A stretch of DNA of 58,554 nt from NCBI RefSeq assembly GCF_902713615.1, contig NW_024055744.1, forward strand, positions 594,593-653,146, in the 5' to 3' direction. Source of the stretch: Scyliorhinus canicula. Its lineage: Eukaryota. This document shows, piece after piece, positions 33,358-44,559 of the stretch (positions are counted from its first letter, which is position 1; each line of letters starts with the position of its first letter). The notes beneath the pieces were generated by a model. It was given only the letters and a program-made list of their open reading frames with translations. It was not told the origin of the DNA and did not search any database. Made by a program: the position numbers and the translations under genes.

Positions 33358-33391
33358 GAACGCCCTCTGGTGGGCAGTAACTGGAACTCTC
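33358..33391 (-). promoter_or_regulatory. RSS-proximal bipartite CTCF element
   Basis: GAGAGTTCC, 6 nt, TGCCCACCAGAGGGCGTTC; the 14-bp core starts 25 bp after the nonamer. Confidence 0.7.
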
Positions 33392-33398
33392 AGTGTGG

Positions 33399-33437
33399 GG
33401 TTATTGTACGGCATCTGCTATATCTCTGTGCAGTGTG
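33399..33437 (-). other. 23-RSS
   Basis: CACACTG, 23 nt, ACAATAACC. Confidence 0.9.
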
Positions 33438-33887
33438 GGCAACATGGCACAGAAATACACGGCACAGTCGGAGAGAAGGGCCCCGGTGATAGTTAAAGGA
33501 ACCGTTGTGTTTTCTTTATGCAAAACCGCCAAGATCCTCGCTGGTAAATTTGGCGAAATATTTACATCCCCAGAGCTATATATTGCCATTAAATATTTTG
33601 GAGCTTTCCCGGGATACTGGATGTACCAGAACAGAGTTTGAAGAGCAGCTGTCGAGTATCTACAATCCAGTGTTACGTTCTGTCCTTCCAGAACCTTTAA
33701 TTCAGATCGATCCTGGAACACTGCGTCTTCGCCATTTGTTCCTGTAACAAGACACATAATGTTTCAAACGTCTGGGAGTGAACATAACATATGGAACATG
33801 TGTATGTGTGATATTGAATATTATAGTAAATATTGACTCACTGGGCAGGATGATGAGAATCACCATAAAGCAATATGAGGAGAACAT
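33438..33887 (-). CDS. TRAV/DV: Intact TCR alpha/delta V gene (leader 33887-33842, V exon 33741-33438)
   Basis: MFSSYCFMVILIILP-A|GTGAGT...gttacAG|TNGEDAVFQDRSELKVLEGQNVTLDCRYSTAALQTLFWYIQYPGKAPKYLM...VPLTITGALLSDCAVYFCAMLP. Paralog of the V at 17.6 kb. Confidence 0.95.
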
Positions 33888-35278
33888 GGTGCCCGGTTTA
33901 AAGTTGGAAAGAAATAAAATCATGCTTGAAATAAGTTGCAGTTCTAGTCTGATATTAAAGAGTAATCTCCAATCAGCTGCAGATTTCACGCAATGTGATT
34001 CTGATGGGCGTTTCCCAAGGTCAGGATTGGCTAGTCCCTCAGTTCTCGTGAGAGTCGGGCACCAATCGTTCTTGCTCCTGGGCTAACGAACTCCTTCAGC
34101 ATTTTCGCTGCCTTGGTGTCTCTCAGCTTTCTCTTCGTGTCTGTCTCTCTCTGCTGTTCGGCTTCTCTGTCGGTATCTTGCCTCTCTTTCTCTCTCTCTG
34201 TCAGAGACACTTTCACTGTCTCGTTTTCGTTCCTTCGCGTGGCATTCAAGTTCAGAAGGTAGAAAATCAAATTCATCTCAAATTCCCGTTTCAACCAATT
34301 CACGAACCAAGGTACAGTGAAGGGACCCGGTGCCGTGATGTGGAAACAAAAGGTCGGAGAAACGAAGAGAGACAAACGAACAAATAACAACAAAAACAGA
34401 GAGAGAAACAAAGGAACATAGTGAGAAAAAAGCATGAAGTGGATTCAGGAATTCAAAATGGGAAGAAAAATAAGACATAAATAATAATCTATTTAAATAT
34501 TAAATAATTGAGAAAATGATATAATCAATTGAATATAACACAACACGTCAAAATAAGTTACTTCACTGCAATTTAAACATAATTTAAAATTAATTCCTGT
34601 GTATATTAACCTGCATTAATAATAGTAATAAAAAGGAACCCGTAACCGCTCCCGCCGCAGTCAACAGACAAATATGATGCTGGAGCTCTTTGGTGGGAGG
34701 AACTTTAAATTATACAAGATGATAACTACAGTTCAGACGCCAGAATAACATGAAGGCAGCAAACGTCTAATGTATGTTAAATACATGTATGTTAAATTAC
34801 AAGTTTCAGATACTAAACTGCCAGCGTATATCCCCGTCCTGTACATATGCCACGAACAACACAGAGACCATTTCCCTGAGTGCCACAGTAGAATGTTAAT
34901 CAAACTCGACTCCCTTCACTACCACCTCTGCCCCCCCCCCCCCCTCTCCTTATACCCTTCCGGGCAGCCAGTTCAGTTTCATTAATGACAGAGACTAAAA
35001 TCAATAGAACATCTTCATCTGCATCCAGCACTTTTTATTCTTCCAGGGAACAGTTTTCAGGACAATTATTGATTAAACAGTCGCTGAGGTCAATTAGAGA
35101 TCAAATTTACCGTTCTGATTTTTACCGTTCTGTTAGTGATCAGCGAAATGTACGGTTAGATTTTCAGCCTCTGCAATAAACACAAACTTGTGATTTACAA
35201 AAATAATATCAGGCCAATCAGACACAGCTCTGGAGGCGATGTTCCTGTCATGTGTTCCGCAGGAAGTGACATCAGTCA

Positions 35279-35316
35279 AGCTTTGACAAAGAGTCATCCG
35301 ACTCGAAACGTCAGCT
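35279..35316 (+). ncRNA. Minimal (dimer-type) hammerhead ribozyme motif in a short Penelope-derived repeat (~35279-35385)
   Basis: AGCU-UUGACAA-A-GAGUC-AUCC-GACUC-GAAA-CG-UC|AGCU: stem I AGCU/AGCU, 5-bp stem II, GAAA, palindromic ACGU, GUC cleavage triplet. Confidence 0.6.
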
Positions 35317-35524
35317 CGTTTCTCTCCAGACAGATGCTGCCAGACTTGCTGAGATTTTCCAGCATTTTCCCTTTCGTTACTGGCACATCAATGATGTTTT
35401 GACGTCCTTTCCTCCACCGCCGCCCCCCCCCCCCCCCCCTCGTCGCCGCCCCCCACTCCGCACTTGTAAAAGAACAAACATATTTTCTCCTTGGATTTGC
35501 GAAGTGATTTACAACTGCCGCACC

Positions 35525-35886
35525 GGTATGATAGTCACAGAGACCGGATCCAGTGTATCAATAACAGAGGCTGCCGGGCCCGGGGTCAGACTGGGGTCAG
35601 GTATAATAATAATCATAGAGGCCGGCTCCAGTGTATCAATAACAGAGACTGCCGGGTCCGGGGTCAGACTGGGGTCTGGTATAATAATAATCACAGAGAC
35701 CGGTTCCAGTGTATCAGTAACAGAGGCTGCCGGGCCCGGGGTCAGACTGGGATCTGGTATAATAATAATCACAGAGACCGGCTCCAGTGTATCAATAACA
35801 CAGACTGCCGGGCCCGGGGTCAGACTGGGGTCTGGGATATTAATAATCACAGAGACCGGCTCCAGTGTATCAATAACAGAGACTGG
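35525..35886 (+). repeat. 78-bp minisatellite, ~4.6 copies
   Basis: The same position of the unit (CAGAGACC or variant) recurs at 35538, 35616, 35694, 35772 and 35850. Confidence 0.92.
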
Positions 35887-36239
35887 TGATAATCTTCGAT
35901 TAAAGGAGGCAGTGGATCTCATGAACAGTTGATTTTAAGAGGAAGTGAAACTATCAGAAAGCAAGGATTCTTTGGGCCCTACCCCAGGCTTCATTATCAA
36001 GCTGAGTGACAGGGATGTGTGCGGGAAAAGTGGATTGGAAACTTCATTGAGTGAGGCGCGTGTGATTGACTCCACCTAGGATCGTTTATACCCAATGGGA
36101 GGACCATTATGGCACCTATATTGGTGCATCTGTCGGGGGAAACAAAAGCATCTGTTTCTGATCATTCTTACCAACAGTTCTCCATTTACACAGACACGCA
36201 AGAGCCCGTTCCGGCAGCTTCTGAACCCAATATTTCTTT

Positions 36240-36436
36240 GGTAAATTTAAAGTATCCATTTATTTATATTTAGCACGGCCAATCCACCTAACCTTCACAG
36301 ATTTGGGTTGTGGGGGTGAAACCCACACAGTCACGGGAAGAAGGTGCAAACTCCACACGGACAGTGACCCAGGACCGGGATCGAACTCGGGTCTTCAGAG
36401 GCGTAGGCAGCAGTGCTAACCACTGCGCCACCCTAC
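36240..36436 (-). mobile_element. HE1-type SINE (short form)
   Basis: Reverse complement of the HE1 head and body. Confidence 0.85.
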
Positions 36437-36579
36437 CGTCCCAGCTTATGGACACATATGTTTAAATCATCAGTTTCGGACACAAAGACTAAAAGCCAAA
36501 GCCTCATCACAGGAAGAATTAGTGCCACAAATGTTAACGATAATTGTTCTTTTTCGAAACAAGTGCTATTCGAAAATGA

Positions 36580-36734
36580 AAAATGAAAATCACTTATTGT
36601 CACGAGTAGGCTTCAATGAAGTTACTGTGGAAAGCCCCTAGTCGCCGCATTCCGGCGCCTGCCCGGGGATCGAACCGTGCTGCTGGTCTGCTTGGTAAGC
36701 CAGAGATTTAGCCCAGTGAGCTAAACCAGCCCCT
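36580..36734 (-). mobile_element. tRNA-derived SINE
   Basis: CACTTATTGTCACGAGTAGGCTTCAATGAAGTTACTGTG...GAGCTAAACCAGCCCC. Confidence 0.85.
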
Positions 36735-36929
36735 ATCCACTGTTACTTTGTCCAAAGTAGTGGATTGTAAACAGCAACGAACCTCTGAAAGATTCGTGGC
36801 AATTATCTGCACACACCCAGGTTCTGCCTAAAGACAGGATTAGCACAAGAGCAAAGCTGTACAATCATTGTATTTTATTCGGCCTCAATGAATGACAGAG
36901 GGAGATACAGAAAAGGTGCTGGGACAATG

Positions 36930-37190
36930 ATTAGAGATGAACCATCTAACTGTTCCCTTCCCTCTCATCCTTCAGATCTTAATACTTTCAAATATTTATC
37001 CATCATTTTCCAAAGTTACTGTTAAATCTGATTCCATCATACTTTCCCGATGTGTGTTCCAGTTTATAACAACTCGCTGTGTAAAAACAATCCTCCTGTT
37101 CAATACGGTACATCTGTGTCCTCTGGTTACAGACCCTCCTACCAGTTGTAATAGTCTCTCTTTAATTACTAGATTTAAACCTTGATGGTT
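36930..37190 (-). mobile_element. Old CR1 3' fragment
   Basis: Minus ORF ...SVTRGHRC...VFTQRVVINWN. Confidence 0.7.
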
Positions 37191-37504
37191 TTGTTTTAGC
37201 AGTTTAATTAAATAGACACACATAAAGATGGAGAAAGATACAGAGAGAGGATGTGAAACTGAGCGAAGAAATTAGAAAGAGAGACACAACTGAGAAACAG
37301 TAAAAACAAATTACACCCAGAGCGGGAGAATGATACAATAGTGAAATGGAACAAGATATCATTTCCTGGCTTCAGAGAACCGGGGAAACTCAGTGACTGA
37401 TCCACTGACCATCCAGTTATGTCCTGGAATGGAATCTTTGAACAGATCACAACAGGTTCATTTGTAAATGTCACCACAATGTGATCTGTGTGACTCTGCC
37501 CTGA

Positions 37505-37755
37505 CTCTGTGGGCACATATAGGCCGCACTGACAGATGTTCTCACCAGATTGTGGTCCCTGGATTTATTTTCTGCTCAGAAGTGAGATGTGCGGTTTGGA
37601 ACCAGCAGCAGAGAAACAGGAAGTTGTGTTACCTGAGAATGAAACAGCAGGCGTCAGTTTCATGTTATCACCGTGAACAGTCTTCCTGCCTGTGAGGGTG
37701 AACTCACTCTGACAGCATCAAGAACACCCACACAGATTGCTGCCGCTCTCAGCAT
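37505..37755 (-). pseudogene. Possible internally deleted V relic
   Basis: Leader-like MLRAAAICVGVLDAVR|GTGAGT, 75-nt intron, acceptor cattctcAG, and a 3' word CAGTGCGGCCTATATGTGCCCAC resembling S-A-A-Y-(Y)-C-A. Confidence 0.35.
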
Positions 37756-38546
37756 TACATTCACCTCCATTCCCATTCCCTTGTAAAAGTTATATTATTT
37801 GTTTAGAAACACAGTAACCGATCGGGAGGTGCACAGATGATCTTCACTGGTCATAATACAAATAATAATCTGGAGAGATGAAGGGAAATTAAAGCAACAA
37901 TCTGTTAACAGAGGTTATACTAATGTAGAAAGTTTGAAGTCACTTGGTGTCAGAGCGAGAGAGATGGGGGGGGGGGGAGAGGGGGAGTGAGAGGGGAGGA
38001 AAGGGAGAGAGGTTAAGTGAATGATCCATTGCCTTTTTGGCACGGAATTTTCCTCTGATGACGTTTTGGTGCTTAATTATTTGCCTTCAGCAAAAAAGAT
38101 TTATACACGAGGTGCCATTTAAACACTAGGTTCCAGACTCGGCTGCTGTGTGCCTGTGTGAGTGAGTGAAGTCTGAGAGAGAGAAGAGGGTTCAACTGAT
38201 TTAGGTGCAGCCTGAGACAGAGAAAGCGAGCTGGACCGATATGTAAGTAATTTGAAAGATATATTTGCCTTTTCAATTGAATGGACAGCTTGATATTACT
38301 GTCTAGATCACTCAGGACAATACATTACAAGTACATATTGAGTGCAGCATAGGATGTGGAAGGTAATCTCAATAAAATGTCGTCCTGTGCTGAAACATAA
38401 TTGCAATTATTGGCAACGCCATTTTGCAAACAATGAATAATGATGTGTTCCAGACTAATCGGCCCATATAGACACACAGGCGCGTACATAGACACACCTA
38501 TCCACACACAGATACGCGCACACACACACACACGTACAGACATATA

Positions 38547-38724
38547 GGGGCTGGTTTAGCTCACTGAGCTAAATCGCTGGCTTTTCCAGCAGGCCAGCAG
38601 CACGGTTCGATTCCCATACCAGCCTCCCCAGACAGGCGCCGGAATGTGGCGACTAGGGGGCTTTTCACAGTAACTTCATTGAAGCCTACTCGTGACAATA
38701 AGCGATTTTCAGTTTTCATTTCAT
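38547..38724 (+). mobile_element. tRNA-derived SINE, full length
   Basis: GGGGCTGGTTTAGCTCACTGAGCTAAATCGCTGG...GGTTCGATTCCC...GACAATAAGCGATTTTCA. Confidence 0.9.
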
Positions 38725-39249
38725 TCCATACACACACAGTTTCAGACTCTGTCTCTCACAATCAGTGACCACAACAAAAGCAAACAGAAATCCATTCAGC
38801 CAAAAGGGCGAAGGACAATTCGGACCATGAAAGGAAACAGCGGGTAATTGCCACAGATGAACACAAGGCTGAATTAGCCATCTCCAACACAATGGAGTGT
38901 GTGACAGTGTTGTGCAATGTGAAGTTCAATATGGCCCCTGTGTTTCATTTCCTCAGCCTGGTGATGAAGTGAATATCTCAAGATTCGCTCCAACCTTGCA
39001 GCAAAATATTACACACCCATTACCAGACCAATCACACAATACCAAATAGTTATTCATTATGCTTTTGTAAGTGAATTAAGTCTGAGAGAGAACAGAGATA
39101 TTAATTAATCGATGTGTAGTCTGAAATAAAGAGATGAGAACAGATCGGCAGGAGTTTTAAAGATGTATTTGCCTTTGCAACGAACTTCCATAACAGCTAA
39201 TACTGATTGATACGACAAAATGCATTCTTCCAAACACAAGTGAGTATCA

Positions 39250-39595
39250 CAAGGCAGTGTTGCAGTGGTATTGTCGCTGGACTAGTATTCCAGAGACCCA
39301 GAGTCAAGCTCTGGGGACCCGGGCTCCCACCACGGCAGGTGGTGAAATTTGAATCAAGAAAACTCTGGAATTAAAAGTTTAATGATGACCATGAAACCAT
39401 TGTTCTGTCTAATCAAAACCCATCTGGTTCACTGATGTCCTTCAGGGAAGGACACCTGTCGCCCTTAACTAGTCTGGCCTACATATGACTCCAGATGACT
39501 CCACAGCAATGTGGTTGACTCTTAAATGCCCTCAGGGATGGGTAAGAACTGCAGGATCAGCCAGCGACATCCACATCCCATGAACGAACAAAAAT
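39250..39595 (+). mobile_element. DeuSINE (SacSINE1-like)
   Basis: Deu core CCCATCTGGTTCACTGATGTCCTTCAGGGAAGG...CTGGCCTACATATGACTCCAG...CCACAGCAATGTGGTTGACTCTTAAATGCCCT. Confidence 0.75.
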
Positions 39596-39619
39596 CAGTT
39601 AGTATATTCAAAATAAAAT

Positions 39620-39750
39620 TCCACCTTTCTTTCCTTCTTTCTTTCTTTCTTTCTTCTATCTATCTATCTTACTTTCTCTATCTATCTATCTTTCATATAT
39701 TTATCTATCTATCCATCAATCTATCTATCTGTCTGTCTATCTATTTGTCA
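39620..39750. repeat. (TTTC)n/(TCTA)n simple repeat
   Basis: Direct reading of the sequence. Confidence 0.85.
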
Positions 39751-39779
39751 ATTTTTTAGACAACCTTTTGTTGTTTTTA

Positions 39780-40400
39780 TTCATTTGCGCGATATGACGC
39801 CACTGATCGGGTCAGCAATTATGGCCCATTCCAAGTTGCCATTCAGAAGGTGGTGGTGAGCTGCCACCTTGAAACGCTGCAGTCCCTGATATACAGTTAC
39901 ACCCATACTGTATTAGCGAGAGATATCCAGTATTTTCACCCAGCCACGGTGAAGGAACGGCGATATGTTTCCAAGTCAAAGTGTTGAGTGACTTGGACAG
40001 GAATCTCCAGTTGGTGGTGTTCCAAAGTATCTGCTGCTCTGGTCCTTGTTGATGGTTGTCGCCGTGGGTCTGGTAGGTGCTGAATATGAAACCTTTATTA
40101 GTTCCAACAGTAAATCTTGTGGATGGCAACAATAAAGCAACTGATTTGTCCTGGATGGTGTAAAGCTTCTTGAGATTTGTTGAAGCTGCACTCCAGACAA
40201 GTGGAGCTTGTATTCCATTACACTTCAGAGTTTTGCCTGGAAGATGGTGGACAGGCTTTGGGCAATCGGGCTGTGAGTTACTCGCCACAGGATCTCTATC
40301 CTTTGAACTGCTCTGGCAGCCACAGTATTCGTCTGGCTTGTCCAGTTCAGTTTCCGGTCAATGACAACCCCCAGGATGTTGATTGTGCGGGAATCAATGG
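39780..40400 (-). mobile_element. Old LINE 3' fragment (same tail family as the 8.6-8.9 kb relic)
   Basis: CAGAAGGTGGTGGTGAGCTGCCACCTTGAAACGCTGCAGTCC is the reverse complement of the tail at ~8810-8850; RT remnant LKKLYTIQDK. Confidence 0.7.
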
Positions 40401-40549
40401 AAATAAACCTGTTGCATTATTTTGTGGGGGAAGACTTCAGCCGCGAATGAAACAGAGTTTCATTCATGCATCACTTAATTAATCCGCACATAATGCAATA
40501 TTAACAGATAGAAGGTCTAATGCAATGATTAAAAAAGAGCCAATTGAAA

Positions 40550-40710
40550 TGAAATGAAAAAATGAAATAAAAATCGCTTATTGTCACGAGTAGGCTCCAA
40601 TGAAGTTACTGTGAAAAGCCCCTAGTCGCCACATTCCGGCGCCTGTCTGGGGAGGCTGCTGGCCTGCTTTAAAAGCCAGCGATTTAGCCAAGTGAGCTAA
40701 ACCAGCCCCT
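40550..40710 (-). mobile_element. tRNA-derived SINE
   Basis: Same family as 38547, reverse orientation. Confidence 0.85.
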
Positions 40711-40952
40711 ATTGCAGTAGAGAGATGTGATTCTCAGTGCATTTCTGAATGTGACTGCACCTATTTGTTAAAACAGTAAACACAGTCTCGTGCAGTCATA
40801 CCTGAGAAAGGGTGAATTGTGGTATGTATAGAAACATGGTCCTTCTTATTCAAATGTTTAAATGCAGAGAGCATTATATACACAGATACAATGCCGAGGG
40901 AAAGATAAAACGAAACATGGTCCTGTTCAATCATTCCAGCGACAAGTCCCAG

Positions 40953-41282
40953 GGCAGCAGCGTAGCATGGTGGTTAGCATAAATGCTTCACAGCTCCAGG
41001 GTCCTAGGTTCGATTCCCGGCTGGGTCACTGTCTGTGTGGAGTCTGCACGTCCTCCCCCTGTGTGCGTGGGTTTCCCCTGGGTGCTCCGGTTTCCTCCCA
41101 CAGTCCAAAGATGTGCGGGTTAGGTGGATTGGCCATGCTAAATTGCCCGTAGTGTCCTAATAAAAGTAAGGTTAAGAGGGGGGGTTGTTGGGTTACGGGT
41201 ATAGGGTGGATACGTGGGTTTGAGTAGGGTGATCATGGCTCGGCACAACATTGAGGGCCGAAGGGCCTGTTCTGTTCTATTT
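40953..41282 (+). mobile_element. HE1-type SINE, full length
   Basis: HE1 head, body and GGGCCGAAGGGCCTGTTCTG tail. Confidence 0.9.
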
Positions 41283-41573
41283 GTTACACGGTTAAGAACA
41301 GTGATAACTGAAGCAGGGATAAATGTAATACTACGAAACACAATGTGCAGTAAAATATTAATAAATACATCATCTAACTACAGGTAAAAACTCAACTAAA
41401 GTAACTTATAGATGCCACAGAAGAATGATCTAATGTATTAATAACTGGAATAATATCGAAAGATATAAACACTGAGAGAGTCTAATTGAGAGAGAACTGA
41501 GAAAGGACCTATTTTATTTTAAACAGAGATGCGGAGGAGTGCGGTAATAAATGAGATGTAACCGATTAATATT

Positions 41574-43159
41574 GTAAGAAATCTTACAACACCAGGTTAA
41601 AGTCCAACAGGTTTGTTTCAAACACTAGCTTTCGGAGAACTGCTCCTTCCTCAGGTGAATGAAGAGGAAGGTTCTAGAAACATATGTATAGACAAATTCA
41701 AAGATGCAAGATAATGCTTATAATGCGAGCATTTGCAGGTAATTAAGTCTTTACAGATCCGGAGATAGGGGTAGCCCCAGGATAAAGAGGTGTGAATTAT
41801 CTCAAGCCCAGACAGTTGATAGGATTTTGCAAGCCCAGGCCAGATGGTGGGGGATGAATGTAATGCGACATGAATCCCAGGTCCCGATTGAGGCCGTACC
41901 CATGTGTGTGGAACTAAGCTATAAGTTGCAGCTCGGCGATTCTGCGTTATCGCGCGTCCTGAAGGTCTCCTTGAAGAACGCTTACCCGGAGATCAGAGGC
42001 TGAATGCCCTTGACTGCTAAAGTGTTCACCGACTGGTAGGGACCATTCCTGCCTGGTGATTGTTGTGCACTGTCCGTTCATTCATTGTTGCAGCGTCTGC
42101 ATGGTCTCGTCAATGTACCACGCTTCAGGACATCCTTTCCTGCAGGGTATGAGGTAGACAACATTGGCCTAGTCGCACGAGTATGTACCGCATACATGGT
42201 GGATGGTGTTCTCTCGTGTAGTGGTGGTATCGATGTCGATCATCTGGCACGTCTTGCAGAGATTGCCCTGGCAGGGTTGTGTGGTGTCATGGTCGCTGTT
42301 CTCCTGAAGGCTGGGTAGTTTGCTGCAAACAATGGTCTGTTTGAGGTTGCGCAGTTGTTTGAGGGCCAGTAGTGGGGATGTGGGGATGACCTTGGCAAGA
42401 TGTTCATCTTCATCGATGACGTGTTGAAGGCTGTGAAGAAGATGTCGTAGTTTCTCCACTCTGGGAAAGTACTGGACGACGAAGGGTACTCTGTCGGTTG
42501 AGTCCCATAGTTGTCTTCTGAGGAGGTCGGTGCATTTTTTTGCTGTGGCGTGTTGGAACTATCGATTGATTAGTCGAGCGCCATACCCATTTGGACGAGG
42601 GCATCTTTCAGCGTCTGTAGATGTCTGTTACGCTCCTCCTTGTCTGAGCAGATCCTGTGTATATGGAGGGCTTGTCCATCGGGGATGGCTTCTTTAATGT
42701 GTTTAGGGTGGAAGTGGAGAAGTGGAGCATTGTGAGGTGACCCGCAACAAGGCAGAATCACCGAGCAGAAACCTATAGCCAAGTTCCGCACACATGAGTG
42801 CGGCCTCAACCGAGGCCTGGGATTCATGTCGCATTACATTCATCCCCCACCATTTGGCTTGGCTTGCAAAATCCTACCAAGTGTCCTGGCTAAAGACAAT
42901 TCACCCCTCTTTAACCTGGGGTTACCCCTAACTCTGGACCTGTAAAGACTTAATTACGTGCAAATGCTCGCATTCTAAGCATTGTTTGCATCTTTGAAGT
43001 TGCCGATATATATCTTTCTGGAACATACCTCTTCATTCACCTGAGGAAGGAGCAGTGCTCCGAACGCTAGTGTATGAAGCAAACCTGTTGGACTTTAACC
43101 TCGTGTTGTAAGACTTCTTACTGTGCTCACCCCTGTCCAACGCCGGCAGCTCCACATCA
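41574..43159 (-). mobile_element. Penelope-like (Poseidon-type) retroelement with inverted terminal arms and TSD
   Basis: Minus ORF remnant ...NLKQTIVCSKLP...PCQGNLCKTC...TYSC, followed by VVYLIRCRKGCPEAWYID (GIY-YIG). 41574-41925 is an inverted copy of ~42770-43100. CGATTAATATT flanks both ends (41563-41573, 43160-43170). Confidence 0.9.
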
Positions 43160-43321
43160 CGATTAATATTGGTATTGTCCCGCACATTAATAACTAAAAC
43201 AGAGAGAAGCGCATCATTTACAGGTACATAAACTGACATTAAATAAACAGAGCCAGCGGTGTCCCGGAATGACTAAAACAGGGCCTCGATTAATACAAGT
43301 GGAGACAGTGCAGTGCAGTGG

Positions 43322-43520
43322 AAACCGAGAATTTCCTCCCACAGTCCAAAGATGCGCAGGTTAGATGGATTGGCCATTCTAAAAGATTTCCCCTGAGTAT
43401 GCAAAGGTTAGGTGGGGTTATGGAGAAAGGGTGGAAGAGTGGTCCTCAGTGGGGTGCCGTTTTGGAGGGCCGGTGCAGACTCGATGGGCCGACTGGGCTC
43501 CTTCTGCACTGTCGTGATTC
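43322..43520 (+). mobile_element. HE1 SINE 3' fragment
   Basis: TTTCCTCCCACAGTCCAAAGATGCGCAGG...GATGGGCCGACTGGGCTCCTTCTGCACTG. Confidence 0.8.
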
Positions 43521-43659
43521 TATGATACTTTGAAAAGACCGGGATTCACAATAACTGGTGCAGGGTTCTAATGCAGGGGTTACTGTTACAGGGTAAATAT
43601 TCATAATAACGGAGACAGGGTGTGCAGCAATGATTAATGGAGAGGAGTCCAGAATCAGG

Positions 43660-43950
43660 GACACAGTCTAAGGATATAGATGTGGAGAAATGTATTGACT
43701 TAGAGCGGTGAATCTGTGGAATTCTCTACCACACAAAACAGTTGAGGCCACAACTTTTTATGTTTACTGGAAGGAATTATATATGGTTCTGGTGGCTATA
43801 GGGATCATAGGATATGGAGGGAAAGCGAGAAGAGTCTACAGAGTCTGGATGATCAGCCACGATCACAATGAATGGAAGAGCAAGTTCAAGGGGCCGAACG
43901 GCCTACTCCTTCACCTATTGTTTATGCTTCTATACTTCTATGTGTCTATG
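43660..43950 (+). mobile_element. CR1 3' fragment
   Basis: GTGAATCTGTGGAATTCTCTACC...GGGCCGAACGGCCTACTCC tail. Confidence 0.8.
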
Positions 43951-43969
43951 TAATGCAACAAAGCCTAAG

Positions 43970-44280
43970 TTAGACATAAACTGAAACAGGGTCTAGTACA
44001 GTAGTTCCTGATACAGGGTCTAGATTAATATAAACTGAGACAAGGCCGAGTGCAGTGATTTCTAATGGGGGGGGGGGGGTCTTCAGTAATGTAAATTTAG
44101 ACAGGATTCTAGAGCACTAATTGCTGATAGAGCGTCGATATTAATATAAAGTGAGACAGATTCTAGTACCGTAATTATTGATGGAGGATCTAGATTAACG
44201 AAAACTGAGATAACGTCTAATGCAGTGATTACTGATTCAGGGTATAAATTCGTTCAAAACGTGACAGGGTCGATTGCAGG
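43970..44280 (+). repeat. Degenerate ~54-bp satellite, ~6 copies
   Basis: Consensus approximately TAAACTGAGACAGGGTCTAGTGCAGTGATTACTGATACAGGGTCTAGATTAATA; register at 43977, 44031, 44092, 44147 and 44201. Confidence 0.75.
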
Positions 44281-44559
44281 GTCGGCCCAAGACTCACCGT
44301 TACACGGTTGAGATTATATACATTAAGACACGTCCGTTTTTTTCTGAGTGTTTGTGCGTGTGTGTGGACATTTTCACACCAAACCCCTGCACAGATAATT
44401 CCTGTTTCATACCGATTAATGGGACGGAGTATCAGGAATTTAACTCTCCACATACCCTGCGTTTTTCCTGCTCTGCAAGTATCTGATGGTACGGCAAATT
44501 TACTCTGTTCCTCACATGTGTTTTACCTGTCCTTCACATGTTAGTTGGCGGATGTTGTG

